Assembly (NCBI GenBank): GCA_002269645.1
Contig: NIVC01001748.1
Span: 124,001-188,000 of the forward strand
Origin: Macrostomum lignano
Taxonomy: Eukaryota
Length of the DNA stretch: 64,000 nucleotides
Direction: 5' to 3'
The translations under genes were made by a program, and so were the position numbers. This document shows positions 11,598 to 22,012 of the stretch, in pieces. The notes beneath the pieces were generated by a model. That model did no database searches. It saw only the letters and a program-made list of their open reading frames with translations, and had not been told where the DNA came from. Every line of letters begins with the position of its first letter. Positions within the stretch are counted from its first letter, which is position 1.

Positions 11598-14500
11598 ATG
11601 CCTAACCACGCAATCGGAGAATATGAGGACTCCGAGGAAACCTGGGATGAGTACCAGGAGCGTCTGGAGCAACATTTCCTGGCACAGGACATCACCGACG
11701 AAAGTAAAAAGAGGGCCACCCTGCTGAGCGTCTGCGGTAGGAAAACCTTCCAGTTGGCCAGAAGCCTCTGCTCTCCAGCCAAAGTCGCGGACAAATCCTA
11801 TGCCGAAATATGCGAGCTGCTGAGCGCTCATTTCAACCCAAGGCCGAGCGAAATCATTCAGAGGTTCCACTTCAATAACCGAGTTCAGCGCCCTGGAGAG
11901 TCGGTGGCAGAGTTCCTTGCGGAGCTGCGGAAGCTGGCGGAGTTCTGCAATTACGGCGGGAGCCTGTCTGACATGCTGCGCGACAGGCTGGTGTGCGGCA
12001 TCGCGGACCAGCAAATCCAGCGCCGGCTCCTGATGGAGGCCGAGCTGACCCTCGATACTGCCAAACAGATCGCGCAAGCGGGCGAGTCAGCAGCCAAAAA
12101 CTGTCAATCGCTGGGCTCAGCAAAACCTGCGGCAGTGACATCGGCATCGTCAGCGACAGAGAGCGACTCCGTGCTTCGAATGGAACGACAGCGACCGCAA
12201 GACAGCCGTCAGTCTGGAACAGAAGGCTGGCGGCGCTGTTTCCGCTGCTTGTCGACTCGCCATCCGGCAGCCAAATGTCCCTTCGCGGACAAACGCTGTT
12301 TCAACTGCAGCAAAACCGGGCACACCGCGAAGGCATGCAAGGCGGTGACACAGCAGCAGCAAATGCACCAGCTGGTTGACCAGCAGCCTTCAGACAGCAG
12401 CTCAGCTCAGGCCGCCGAGCCGCCCAGCCCAGCCGAGGTCGCTTATCCCTTCTACCATCTGGGTGCTGACCGATCGCAGGCCAGGTTTCCTCCAATCGTG
12501 ACCTCTGTCTTCATCGAGGAGAAGCGATTCGAGATGGAGGTGGACACGGGGGCATCCGTATCGCTGATGTCCGAACGTACGTTCAAGGAAAACCTGGGAA
12601 GCCGGATGTCTCTGTCTGCGTCAACGGTTCAGCTCAGTACGTACACCGGTCAAACCGTCCGTGTTCTCGGTCAGCTCTTCGTACGCGTGCGAGCTTCGCA
12701 AGGTTCGGCCGAGGAACAGCTGCCGCTGCTGGTTGTCGCCGGTTCTGGTCCGAGCCTCCTTGGTCGAGATTGGCTACACCGCCTGCGGCTGGACTGGCAA
12801 TCTATCAAGCGGATGGAAGAAGCTGATGCAGCCAAGGAGTTGCTACAGGAGTTCTCAGAAGTCTTCCAAGGTCTGGGCGAGTTCAGCGGCAAGCCGGTGT
12901 CCATCAGTCTGAAGGAGAACGCCAGACCAAGGTTCTATAAGGCGCGGCCGGTGCCGTTTGCGCTGCGCGAGAAGGTTGAGCAGCAGCTGCAGAAGGAAAT
13001 CGACCAAGGAATCCTGGTGCCGGTCAAAAACTCCGACTGGGCGTCCCCGATCGTGCCGGTAATGAAGTCCGACGGCAGCGTGCGCATCTGCGCTGATTTC
13101 AAGCAGTCGGTCAACGCAGCTATCCGGCCTGAGGCTTACCCGCTGCCGAACATCGACGAGCTATTTTCACGCTTGGCTGGCGGTAAGAAGTTCTCAAAAC
13201 TGGATCTGAGCCAGGCATTTTCGCAGCTTCCCCTGGATGAGGATGCTCAAGAGCTCTGTACCATCAACACCTCGCTGGGACTTCTTCGCTACACCCGTCT
13301 GCCTTTCGGCGTGTCGATCGCCCCCAGCGTGTTTCAGCGGGTGATGGACAGCTTACTGCGAGGAATTCCGCACTCTGCATCCTTCATCGATGATGTCATC
13401 ATCACAGGCGAAGACGACGCCAGTCACCTCCGCAACCTGAGAGCAGTTCTGAAGGTCTTCAAGGAGTCCGGGCTGACATGCAAGCTTGAGAAGTGCACCT
13501 TTTTCAAGGACGAAGTCACATACCTAGGCCACCGCATCGACGCCGAAGGGCTGCACCCGCTGGACGATAAGGTTCGAGCTGTGCTGGACGCGCCGGCACC
13601 GACTAACACGACTCAACTGAGGAGCTTCTTGGGCCTCATCAACTACTACGGCAAGTTTTTGCCAAATCTCTCTAGTGTTCTGGCCCCGCTGCACAGGCTC
13701 TTGGAGAAGAACTCAAGGTGGCAGTGGGATCGCAGCGAGGCGGACGCGTTCAGCGCGGCAAAGCAGCTGCTCACGCACCCCAGCGTCCTAGTCCACTATA
13801 ACGCTGCAGAAGAGCTCTACCTGGAGTGCGACGCATCGCAGTACGGGCTCGGTGCCGTCATATTCCACCGTCGGGACGGCATGGACAAGCCGATCGCGTA
13901 CGCTTCGCGCAGCCTCAGCTCAGCAGAGAAAAATTACTGCCAGCTGGAGAAGGAGGCCTTGGCGCTGGTTTTCGGTGTGAAAAAATTCCATCACTATCTG
14001 TTTGGTCGGGAGTTCAACCTGTTGACCGACCACCGGCCGCTTCTCGGCCTTCTAGGACAAGAGCGACCGCTTCCAGCCCTGGCTTCCGGCCGAGTCCAAC
14101 GATGGGCGTTGCTGCTGACCGCGTACCGGTACCGTCTTGTACACCGCAGCGGGGTCTCCATGCTCCGAGCAGACGCCTTAAGCCGCCTTCCTGCATCAGC
14201 TGGCCCTAAGGAAGTTCCGGTGCCTCCAGAAGTCGTGCAAGTGATGGACTGCCTGGACGCCGGGCCGGTGACTTCATCAGACGTGCGCACCTGGTCCCGC
14301 CGCGACCCTACATTGTCACGCGTAATTCTTTACTGTCTCTCGGCCTGGCCAGACCGGGATTCCTGGACTTCCGATTTGGTGCCCTTCGGAAAACGGCACC
14401 AGGAATTGTCAGTTCAAGACGGCTGTGTTCTCTGGGGCAGTCGTGTCGTCATTCCTGAAGTCGGCCAAAGCCGCTTGCTCGACTGCCTGCATGTTGGACA

Positions 14501-15689
14501 CCCTGGAGCATCCCGGATGAAGTCGCTTGCCAGAAGTTACATATGGTGGCCGGCCATGGATCGTGACATTGAGGCCAAGGCAGCAAGCTGCACGGACTGC
14601 CAGAAGCACCAGCGAGCCGGACCAGAAGCTCCGCTGCAGCCATGGCCGCTAACGGCAAGGCCTTGGTCGAGAATCCACGTCGATTTTGCCGGTCCCGTCC
14701 AAGGTCGGATGCTGCTGGTGGTGGTCGACTCCTTCTCAAAGTGGCTCGATGTGTACGTGACGACAGCGACGACGACCTTCGCAACAGTGGAAAAGCTGCG
14801 ACAGAGCTTCAGCACTCATGGCCTACCGGAGACCATCGTCTCGGACAATGGGCCCTGCTTTGCCAGCTTCGAGTTCGACGCCTTTTGTGCCAAGAACGGA
14901 ATTCGGCACATCCGCACGCCACCCTACCACCCGGCTTCCAATGGCCAAGCTGAGCGAGCAGTGCAAACTGTTAAGAACTCCCTGAAGAAGCAGGCCAATG
15001 ACGGCAGCTCCCTGGAGACCCAGCTGGCCAGATTCCTGCTCAGCTACCGTACTACACCGCATCCAACGACGGGAGTGGCACCGTGTGAGCTGCTGATGCA
15101 CCGGACGCTGCGTAGCCTGCTCGACGTACCGAGGCCAGACATCGCCAAGCGAGTTCTCGAGAGCCAGGAAAAGCAGAAGCAGCAGCACGACTCGGGCGCA
15201 CAAAGACGAGTCTTCGAGAAGGGCGAGGCGGTGTTCGTTCAAGACTTTAGCCGCGGGAAAGAGCGAACCTGGACATCGGCTATGGTGGTCGGCAAGGAGG
15301 GCAGCAACTGGTACAAGTGCATTCTGCCGAACAACCGGATGGTGCGGCGGCACACAGAACAGATGCGAATCGACAAGACTTCCCAGCGGCCTGGGCCGCT
15401 GCAGACGAATCCGGAATTTAGCGGTGAGCTCAGGCCTCCACTACCGCAACCGTTGGTTCCGCCGCCACCGCCGCTGCAGCTGCCACCGCCACCGCCACCG
15501 TCGCCGCCGCCGCCGCCGCCAACGCCGCCGCCAACGCCGCCGCCACCGTCGCAGCCTCGACCGCTGCAACTTCCAGATCAAGGACCAGCACAAGCTCTCA
15601 GAAGATCAAGCAGAGCTCGATCGATTCCCGTCCGCCTAAACTACGATGGGAGAGGTGTCGTATCGCGTGACTCAGCGGGTGTACATTGA
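11598..15689 (+). CDS. Gag-Pol polyprotein, single ORF of 1363 aa
   Basis: Two CCHC knuckles (CFRCLSTRHPAAKC, CFNCSKTGHTAKAC); protease VDTGAS; RT FIDD; RNase H CDASQYG; integrase HHCC and DDE (VDFAG/SDNG/AERAV); stop lies 34 bp inside the 3' LTR. Confidence 0.96.
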   Translation: MPNHAIGEYEDSEETWDEYQERLEQHFLAQDITDESKKRATLLSVCGRKTFQLARSLCSPAKVADKSYAEICELLSAHFNPRPSEIIQRFHFNNRVQRPGESVAEFLAELRKLAEFCNYGGSLSDMLRDRLVCGIADQQIQRRLLMEAELTLDTAKQIAQAGESAAKNCQSLGSAKPAAVTSASSATESDSVLRMERQRPQDSRQSGTEGWRRCFRCLSTRHPAAKCPFADKRCFNCSKTGHTAKACKAVTQQQQMHQLVDQQPSDSSSAQAAEPPSPAEVAYPFYHLGADRSQARFPPIVTSVFIEEKRFEMEVDTGASVSLMSERTFKENLGSRMSLSASTVQLSTYTGQTVRVLGQLFVRVRASQGSAEEQLPLLVVAGSGPSLLGRDWLHRLRLDWQSIKRMEEADAAKELLQEFSEVFQGLGEFSGKPVSISLKENARPRFYKARPVPFALREKVEQQLQKEIDQGILVPVKNSDWASPIVPVMKSDGSVRICADFKQSVNAAIRPEAYPLPNIDELFSRLAGGKKFSKLDLSQAFSQLPLDEDAQELCTINTSLGLLRYTRLPFGVSIAPSVFQRVMDSLLRGIPHSASFIDDVIITGEDDASHLRNLRAVLKVFKESGLTCKLEKCTFFKDEVTYLGHRIDAEGLHPLDDKVRAVLDAPAPTNTTQLRSFLGLINYYGKFLPNLSSVLAPLHRLLEKNSRWQWDRSEADAFSAAKQLLTHPSVLVHYNAAEELYLECDASQYGLGAVIFHRRDGMDKPIAYASRSLSSAEKNYCQLEKEALALVFGVKKFHHYLFGREFNLLTDHRPLLGLLGQERPLPALASGRVQRWALLLTAYRYRLVHRSGVSMLRADALSRLPASAGPKEVPVPPEVVQVMDCLDAGPVTSSDVRTWSRRDPTLSRVILYCLSAWPDRDSWTSDLVPFGKRHQELSVQDGCVLWGSRVVIPEVGQSRLLDCLHVGHPGASRMKSLARSYIWWPAMDRDIEAKAASCTDCQKHQRAGPEAPLQPWPLTARPWSRIHVDFAGPVQGRMLLVVVDSFSKWLDVYVTTATTTFATVEKLRQSFSTHGLPETIVSDNGPCFASFEFDAFCAKNGIRHIRTPPYHPASNGQAERAVQTVKNSLKKQANDGSSLETQLARFLLSYRTTPHPTTGVAPCELLMHRTLRSLLDVPRPDIAKRVLESQEKQKQQHDSGAQRRVFEKGEAVFVQDFSRGKERTWTSAMVVGKEGSNWYKCILPNNRMVRRHTEQMRIDKTSQRPGPLQTNPEFSGELRPPLPQPLVPPPPPLQLPPPPPPSPPPPPPTPPPTPPPPSQPRPLQLPDQGPAQALRRSSRARSIPVRLNYDGRGVVSRDSAGVH
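15648..15655 (+). promoter_or_regulatory. Polypurine tract of element 1
   Basis: GGGAGAGG directly before the 3' LTR. Confidence 0.8.
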
Positions 15690-15891
15690 GTACACTCGCT
15701 GTTTTATTTTATCGATTGTCTGACAATGCTTCATTGAGCGTGACTAGTGTGTGTGTTCTTTTAAAACCCTTGTGCTTTTATGCATCAATTATTCTTACGT
15801 TCGCTTGTACCAAAAATATAAAAGTCGTCTAGTGAGCTCAGAGCTCAATACTTTTTGATTTCTCGCACTAACCACTATAGAGTTGTTTTAA
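15656..15891 (+). repeat. 3' LTR of element 1 (236 bp)
   Basis: Matches 5' LTR; followed by TSD ATTGT. Confidence 0.95.
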
Positions 15892-16258
15892 TTGTCAGTT
15901 TGGGAGGTTGTCAGTTTGGGAGGTTGTCAGTTTGGAAGATTGTCAGTTTGTGAGGTTGTCAGTTTGGGAGGTTGTCAGTTTAGGAGGTTGTCAGTTTAGA
16001 AGATTGTCAGTTTAGGAGGTTGTCAGTTTGGAAGATTGTCAGTTTAGAAGATTGTCAGTTTAGGAGGTTGTCAGTTTGGGAGGTTGTCAGTTTGGAAGGT
16101 TGTCAGTTTAGAAGGTTGTCAGTTTGGGAGGTTGTCAGTTTGAGAGGTTGTCAGTTAGGAGGTTGTCAGTTTGGGAGGTTGTCAGTTTGGGAGGTTGTCA
16201 GTTTGGGAGGTTGTCAGTTTGGGAGGTTGTCAGTTTGGGAGGTTGTCAGTTTGGAGGG
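15892..16258. repeat. 16-bp minisatellite, right part of split array
   Basis: Resumes in register after the TSD. Confidence 0.93.
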
Positions 16259-16859
16259 GATGTTTCCAGTTTAGAAGGGAGTTTACCAGTTCGGAAGGTT
16301 GCCAAAGTTGAAGGAAACCTGTCGGTTTGAAATTACATCTTCCAGTTGGGAATAAAGCCTCTTCATTTGCTTGAAAATCTCGTTTAGCAATTCAATATGG
16401 TCAAAAGCAAAGTATCCGGCCAGACAGACAAGGGGTGACAGGCAGCGCGCTGCGTCACATGACTTGTTCCCGCGTGCACTTTATCGCCAAAGCCAGCAGG
16501 CGGAGGCAATCGTGCGCCTTTACCTGTGCACGCATTTGCAGATTAGAACTCATGGAACGCCCACGCATTCAGTGGGACAAAAAAGAGGAGTTTGGTGCAC
16601 GAATTGTCTGCTGAGAAGACAAACAGACTGAGAAAGAGGAGTGGAAGCAATCGCTACACACTCCCACTATCTGTATAGCTTGAGCACAGAGTAGGATATA
16701 GAAAATCGATATTCTCATATATAGACAAACTTATGTGTAGGCGTTTCTGCTTTGTTCAGACTATCGGTGGAATAATGCTCTCATAAAAGCTGCATTTGGC
16801 TCGATATGCGCACTGATAAAACAGGCACCGCAGAGCAGGGCTGCGGGGCAGGAGGGAGT

Positions 16860-17400
16860 CTCCAGTGGCGCTAAAATCCCCCCATTGGTGCTAAAATCTT
16901 CCCAGTGGCGCTAAAATCCCCCCATTGGTGCTAAAATCTTCCCAGTGGCGCTAAAATCTTCCCAGTGGCGCTAAAATCCCCCCATTGGCGCTAAAATCTC
17001 CCCAGTGGCGCTAAAATCTTCCCAGTGGCGCTAAAATCTCCCCAGTGGCGCTAAAATCTCCCCAATGACGCTAAAATCACTCCAGTGGCGCTAAAATCTC
17101 CCCAGTGGCGCTAAAATCCCCCCAGTGGCGCTAAAATCTCCCCAGTGGCGCTAAAATCTCCCCAGTGGCGCTAAAATCCCCCCAGTGGCGCTAAAATCCC
17201 CCCAGTGGCGCTAAAATCTCCCCAATGACGCTAAAATCACTCCAGTGGCGCTAAAATCTTCCCAGTGGCGCTAAAATCTTCCTAGTGGCGCTAAAATCTC
17301 CCCAGTGGCGCTAGAATCCTCCCATTGGCGCTAAAATCTCCCCAGTGACGCTGAAATCTTCCCAGTGGCGCTAAAATCTCCCCAGTGGCGCTAAAATCCC
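16860..17400. repeat. 20-bp minisatellite (CCCAGTGGCGCTAAAATCTC)
   Basis: Direct. Confidence 0.93.
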
Positions 17401-17414
17401 CCCATTAGGGCTTA

Positions 17415-17660
17415 AATCTCCCAAAATCTCCCTCACATCTCCCTAACATCTCCCTCACACCTCCCTAACATCTCCCTCACACCTCCCTCACATCTCCCTC
17501 ACATCTCCCTCACATCTCCCTCATATCTCCCTCACATCTCCCTCACATCTCCCTCACATCTACCTCACATCTCCCTCACATCTCCCTCACATCACCCTCA
17601 CATCTCCCTCACATGACCCTCATATCTCCCTCATGTCTCCCTTATATCTCCCTCACATAT
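17415..17660. repeat. 11-bp minisatellite (ACATCTCCCTC)
   Basis: Direct. Confidence 0.9.
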
Positions 17661-18287
17661 ACTTCTTTTTATAACTTTCAGATGGCACAGCAGTGGTTTT
17701 TCTGTGTGTAAAATTGCCAATCTAGAAACAACGGAAATGCATCATCGTATCAGATAGTCCAAACAGATACATTTATGCTTGATAATCTGCTACAATAGGT
17801 AGAAAAACACAGCATGATGTGGCTTCTATATTGCTACCAGCACAAGTCACGGGGTGCAAAGTATATTTTCTAGGAAACGCAAGCGGAAGGAGGTTCTTAG
17901 TAGTGCCAGAACTAAAAATAGTATAGTTAATATATAGTAATAACCATTTTCCCCAGCAGACATGGCGTAAGTGCACAGTTAGTTCGGTTCAGTCCCATGT
18001 GCAATATCATTTTAGCAGAGAAGTTGGCGGGAAACCAGATGCCGTTTGATCTGATTATTCAGTTCAAGCAGAGTGCGGTGCGTGGGAATGTGCTGTGAAG
18101 GATGTGAAAAAAGACAATTTTAGCCAAATAATTTCCGCATAAGATACAGTGATTAAAATTGAAATATTGAAAATACAAATTTCTCTGTAATGGATAATTA
18201 ATGACTGAGAGAGAAGAACAATAGTTTGCAATGAAGAGGAGGGTAGGGTAACGAAGGGATGAGAGGCTAAAAAAAGAGTGATAACGT

Positions 18288-18905
18288 AATGTGAGGGAGA
18301 GACGTGAGGGAGAGATGTGAGGGAGACGTGAGGGAGAGATGTGAGGGAGACGTGAGGGAGAGATGTGAGGGAGAGACGTGAGGGAGAGATGTGAGGGAGA
18401 GACGTGAGGGAGACGTGAGGGAGAGACGTGAGGGAGAGACGGAGGGAGAGACGTGAGGGAGAGACGTAAGGGAGACGTGAGAGAGATGTGAGGGAGACGT
18501 AAGTGATAGACTTGAGGGAGAGATGTGAGGGAGAGACGTGAGGGAGACGTGAGGGAGAGACGTGAGGGAGACGTGAGGGAGAGATGTGAGGGAGAGACGT
18601 GAGGGAGAGACGTGAGGGAGAGACGTGAGGGAGAGACGTGAGGGAGACGTGAAGGAGAGACGTGAGGGAGACGTGAGGGAGAGATGTGAGGGAGAGACGT
18701 GAGGGAGAGATGTGAGGGAGAGACGTGAGGGAGACGTGAGGGAGAGACATGAGGGAGAGACGGAGGGAGAGACGTGAGGGAGAGACGTAAGGGAGACGTG
18801 AGAGAGATGTGAGGGAGACGTAAGTGATAGACTTGAGGGAGAGATGTGAGGGAGACGTAAGTGATAGACTTGAGGGAGAGATGTGAGGGAGAGACTTGAG
18901 GGAGA
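18288..18905. repeat. 11/13-bp minisatellite (GTGAGGGAGA(GA)Y), inverted relative of 17415-17660
   Basis: Direct. Confidence 0.9.
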
Positions 18906-19348
18906 CACGTGAGATAGCACAGCAGACACGTGAGGGAGATGTGAAGGAGACGATAGGGAGATATTAATGAGAGATAGCACAGCAGACACATAAGGGAGAT
19001 GAGAAGGAGACGATAGGGAGATATTAATGAGAGATAGCACAGCAGACACGTGAGGGAGATGTGAAGGAGACGATAGGGAGATATTAATGAGAGATAGCAC
19101 AGCAGACACGTGAGGGAGATGTGAAGGAGACGATAGGGAGATATTAATGAGAGACAGCACAGCAGACACGTGAGGGAGATGTGAAGGAGACGATAGGGAG
19201 ATATTAATGAGAGATAGCACAGCAGACACATAAGGGAGATGAGAAGGAGACGATAGGGAGATATTAATGAGAGATAGCACAGCAGACACATAAGGGAGAT
19301 GAGAAGGAGACGATAGGGAGATATTAATGAGAGATAGCACAGCAGACA
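18905..19348. repeat. 60-bp minisatellite
   Basis: Successive 60-nt lines are near-identical. Confidence 0.93.
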
Positions 19349-19555
19349 CGAGAGAAAGCTGCAGGTGGCGTCTGGCAATAAAAGATTGACATGTTTAGCC
19401 ATGTCACGAGGCAGGCTAAGCTAATGTCAATTGTTTAAAGTCAATATAGACATAATCGTGGATTCCGCTGCACCGCTGCAGAAGAGAAAATAAAAGTACA
19501 ATTTGGCATGAATTCTTCAACAGGCCGCCTCCGACTGTCCCTGTGCCCTCTAGCG

Positions 19556-19579
19556 CACGTGATTTCTTCTGCAGCCAAT
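19556..19579 (+). promoter_or_regulatory. Possible promoter elements (E-box CACGTG, CCAAT) upstream of the PP2C-like gene
   Basis: Motif match and position only. Confidence 0.2.
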
Positions 19580-19939
19580 AGGGACAAAGCCAGACTAGCT
19601 TGGTGTCACCCCCAGTCTGCCCGCGTGTTATGTGGGCGGCTTGGGGTTAGCAAATGCTATTATATCTAAATGTATAATCGGCCGGCACCCTAAAGTTGCA
19701 GTTCAACCGAGTCGAGACTCTCAACTGAGAAAGGCTGTTGCTTCTAAAACTTTTTTAGAAGAATTTTTTCTAGACATCCGTAAGGATTATTTTTTTTATT
19801 AATCTGTAGTTTTTTCAAACAGATTAGATTGAAATTAGAACACTGAGTATACTAGCCATTCAATTGTATTTTCAGTCTTAGAATTTTTTCATTGGATTTT
19901 TAAATTTACTCAAAAATTGAGTACAATACAACAGCAGCG

Positions 19940-19976
19940 ATGAAGATGCTCAGCTGTCTACTGTACTCGGCTTTGG
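19940..19976 (+). CDS. Putative first coding exon of the PP2C/PDP-like gene (MKMLSCLLYSAL)
   Basis: ATG and |gtgagc donor; candidate acceptor at 20803, but that frame does not join the phosphatase frame without a +1 shift. Confidence 0.3.
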
Positions 19977-20019
19977 GTGAGCATGAGCAGATAATTGATA
20001 TTCTTGCTGCGAGGGGTAC

Positions 20020-20660
20020 AGTGGGAGGTAGAGAGAAAGGTAGAGTGGGAGGTAGAGAGAGAGGTAGAGTGGAAGATAGATCGAGAAGTAGATTGGAAGA
20101 TAGAGAGGTAGAGTGAAAAGTAGATAGGTAGATTGGAAGGTAGAAAGGTAGAATGGAAAGTAGATAGGTAGATTGGAAGGTAGAAAGGTAGAGTGTAAAG
20201 TAGATAGGTAGATTGGAAGGTAGAAAGGTAGAGTTGAAAGTAGATAGGTAGATTGGAAAGTAGAGAAGTAGATTGGAAGGTAGAAAGGTAGAGTGGAAAG
20301 TAGATAGGTAGATTGGAAGGTAGAAAGGTAGAGTGTAAAGTAGATAGGTAGATTGGAAGGTAGAAAGGTAGAGTTGAAAGTAGATAGGTAGAGTGGAAAG
20401 TAGAGAAGTAGATTGGACGGTAGAAAGGTAGAGTGGAAAGTAGATAGGTAGATTGGAAGGTAGAAAGGTAGAGTGGAAAGTAGATAGGTAGATTGGAAGG
20501 TAGAAAGGTAGAGTGGAAAGTAGATAGGTAGATTGGAAGGTAGAAAGGTAGAGTGGAAAGTAGATAGGTAGATTGGAAGGTAGAAAGGTAGAGTGGAAAG
20601 TAGATAGGTAGATTGGAAGGTAGAAAGGTAGAGTGGAAAGTAGATAGGTAGGATTGGAAG
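20020..20660. repeat. 40-bp purine-rich minisatellite (TAGAAAGGTAGAGTGGAAAGTAGATAGGTAGATTGGAAGG)
   Basis: Direct. Confidence 0.93.
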
Positions 20661-21070
20661 GTCGAAGACTACAATGACTATAGAGAACATGCTTAGTTCC
20701 TAGAATAAATAGTGAAAGGTTTTGAAACTGAATATCTCAACCTGAAAACATTCAATTAGCCTTCCAACGCCCATCAACCTGTCAATTGTCAAAAAGGCCG
20801 CAGTTACAACCAGCAGCAGAAGCAGGAGCAGAGCGGACCAGCTACGGAGCCCAACTCACCGGCAGCAGCCAGGGCCCGACCCTCAGACTGCTCAAAGCCG
20901 AGCAGCAGGACTCGAGCCCAGTCTCTACCGCAGAACTGCATCAGCCAGCACCGCGTCCTCACTAATTCGGCTAACGCTACTGCTTCTGGAAGCAGCAATG
21001 ACAGCCACTGCCCGGCTCTGGCGAAGAGCTGCACCCAAACGGCTCTCCGTCAGCTTCGCCACCGTCGCCC

Positions 21071-21760
21071 ATGTCGGCGGCTCCCAGATGGCCGCCTGTC
21101 GGCTTGCCGATTCAGCAGGAGACCACCGACTGCGGCAGGGTGCACTCGGCCTGCCGGCCAGCAGCGTCGGGCGGCAGCGTCTCCCCAGACTCCGTTGCCT
21201 CATCGGAATGGACAGCGGCCAGACTGACCCGAAGCTCATCGACATTCGCCGGTCTATTTGTCGGCGTCGGCGGTCGGCAGTGCGCCGCGGCGGTGGCGGC
21301 TCTGGCGGCGGACTACGCCGCGGCCGAGTTGGCTTCGAATTCGCCGATTGAAGCTCGCGACGCTCGGAGAAGTCTGCTCAGACAGTTCGACTGGAGCGAC
21401 AACGAGGACTGCTGCAGTAATAGTCACAGTCCGGGCGAAGACGCTGCTGCCGTCGATGGCAACGCGGACGTCCCGGCGGTGTCCCTTCGGCGGCCCGGCA
21501 GCGGCCAGTTCGTGCCCGAGGACCTGGTCTCCATGGCCAAGGCCGACTGGCTGACCGACAGGCTGCTGCGGGCGGCAAATTCCCAGCCCGACGCCGATTG
21601 CACAACTGCGGACCGACTGTGCCAGGCCATGATCAGGCTGGATGCCGATCTGTGCGGCGCGGCTGGGCAGTCGGCCTGGACTCTGCGGGCAGCCACCACG
21701 GGTGCCGTGGGATCCGCCTGTCTGATCTCTGGCGACGGGAGCCGGTGCTGCTTGATGCAG
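21071..21760 (+). CDS. PP2C-family, pyruvate dehydrogenase phosphatase-like protein, N-terminal half (probable pseudophosphatase); true start uncertain
   Basis: GLFVGVGGRQCAAAV aligns with PDP GVFDGHAGCACSQAV; LCQAMIRLDADL with LINAFKRLDNDI; TTGAVGSAC with FSGATAC; donor |gtaaag at 21761. Confidence 0.7.
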
Positions 21761-22012
21761 GTAAAGATTTTTGACTAGATTGGCTGAGTAAAGTTATTAA
21801 ACACTACATATCGGTAGATAGAAATCTTTTATGCATTAAAAATTGTTGAAATTAAAAAATCTCATTATAAAACTTACTATCGCTACATATCGGTAGATAG
21901 TAGTTATTTTACTTATTTGACAACTACCAGATTATAAATATCATCATAGAAAGTTATTTACCCAAAATATCGGCAGATTTGAGAAAAATGATACGAAATT
22001 GAACAATTTCAG

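Larger units (their letters stand above)
11337..15891 (+). mobile_element. Full-length Ty3/Gypsy (Mag-like) LTR retrotransposon 1
   Basis: LTRs 11337-11571 and 15656-15891 identical except one T in a T-run; TSD ATTGT; PBS; PPT; intact gag-pol ORF. Confidence 0.97.

Noticed and set aside
11549-15353. Antisense and alternate-frame ORFs inside element 1 (likewise in element 2)
   Set aside because: Expected shadow ORFs of GC-rich coding sequence; no recognisable motifs
16530-16620. Minus-strand exon-like segment with AG and GTAAAG boundaries
   Set aside because: Stops in all frames and no partner exons found
21325-21360. LASNSPIEAR resembling PDP motif 1 (LPANAPIEDR)
   Set aside because: Lies downstream of the DGH-equivalent segment, out of colinear order; treated as coincidence
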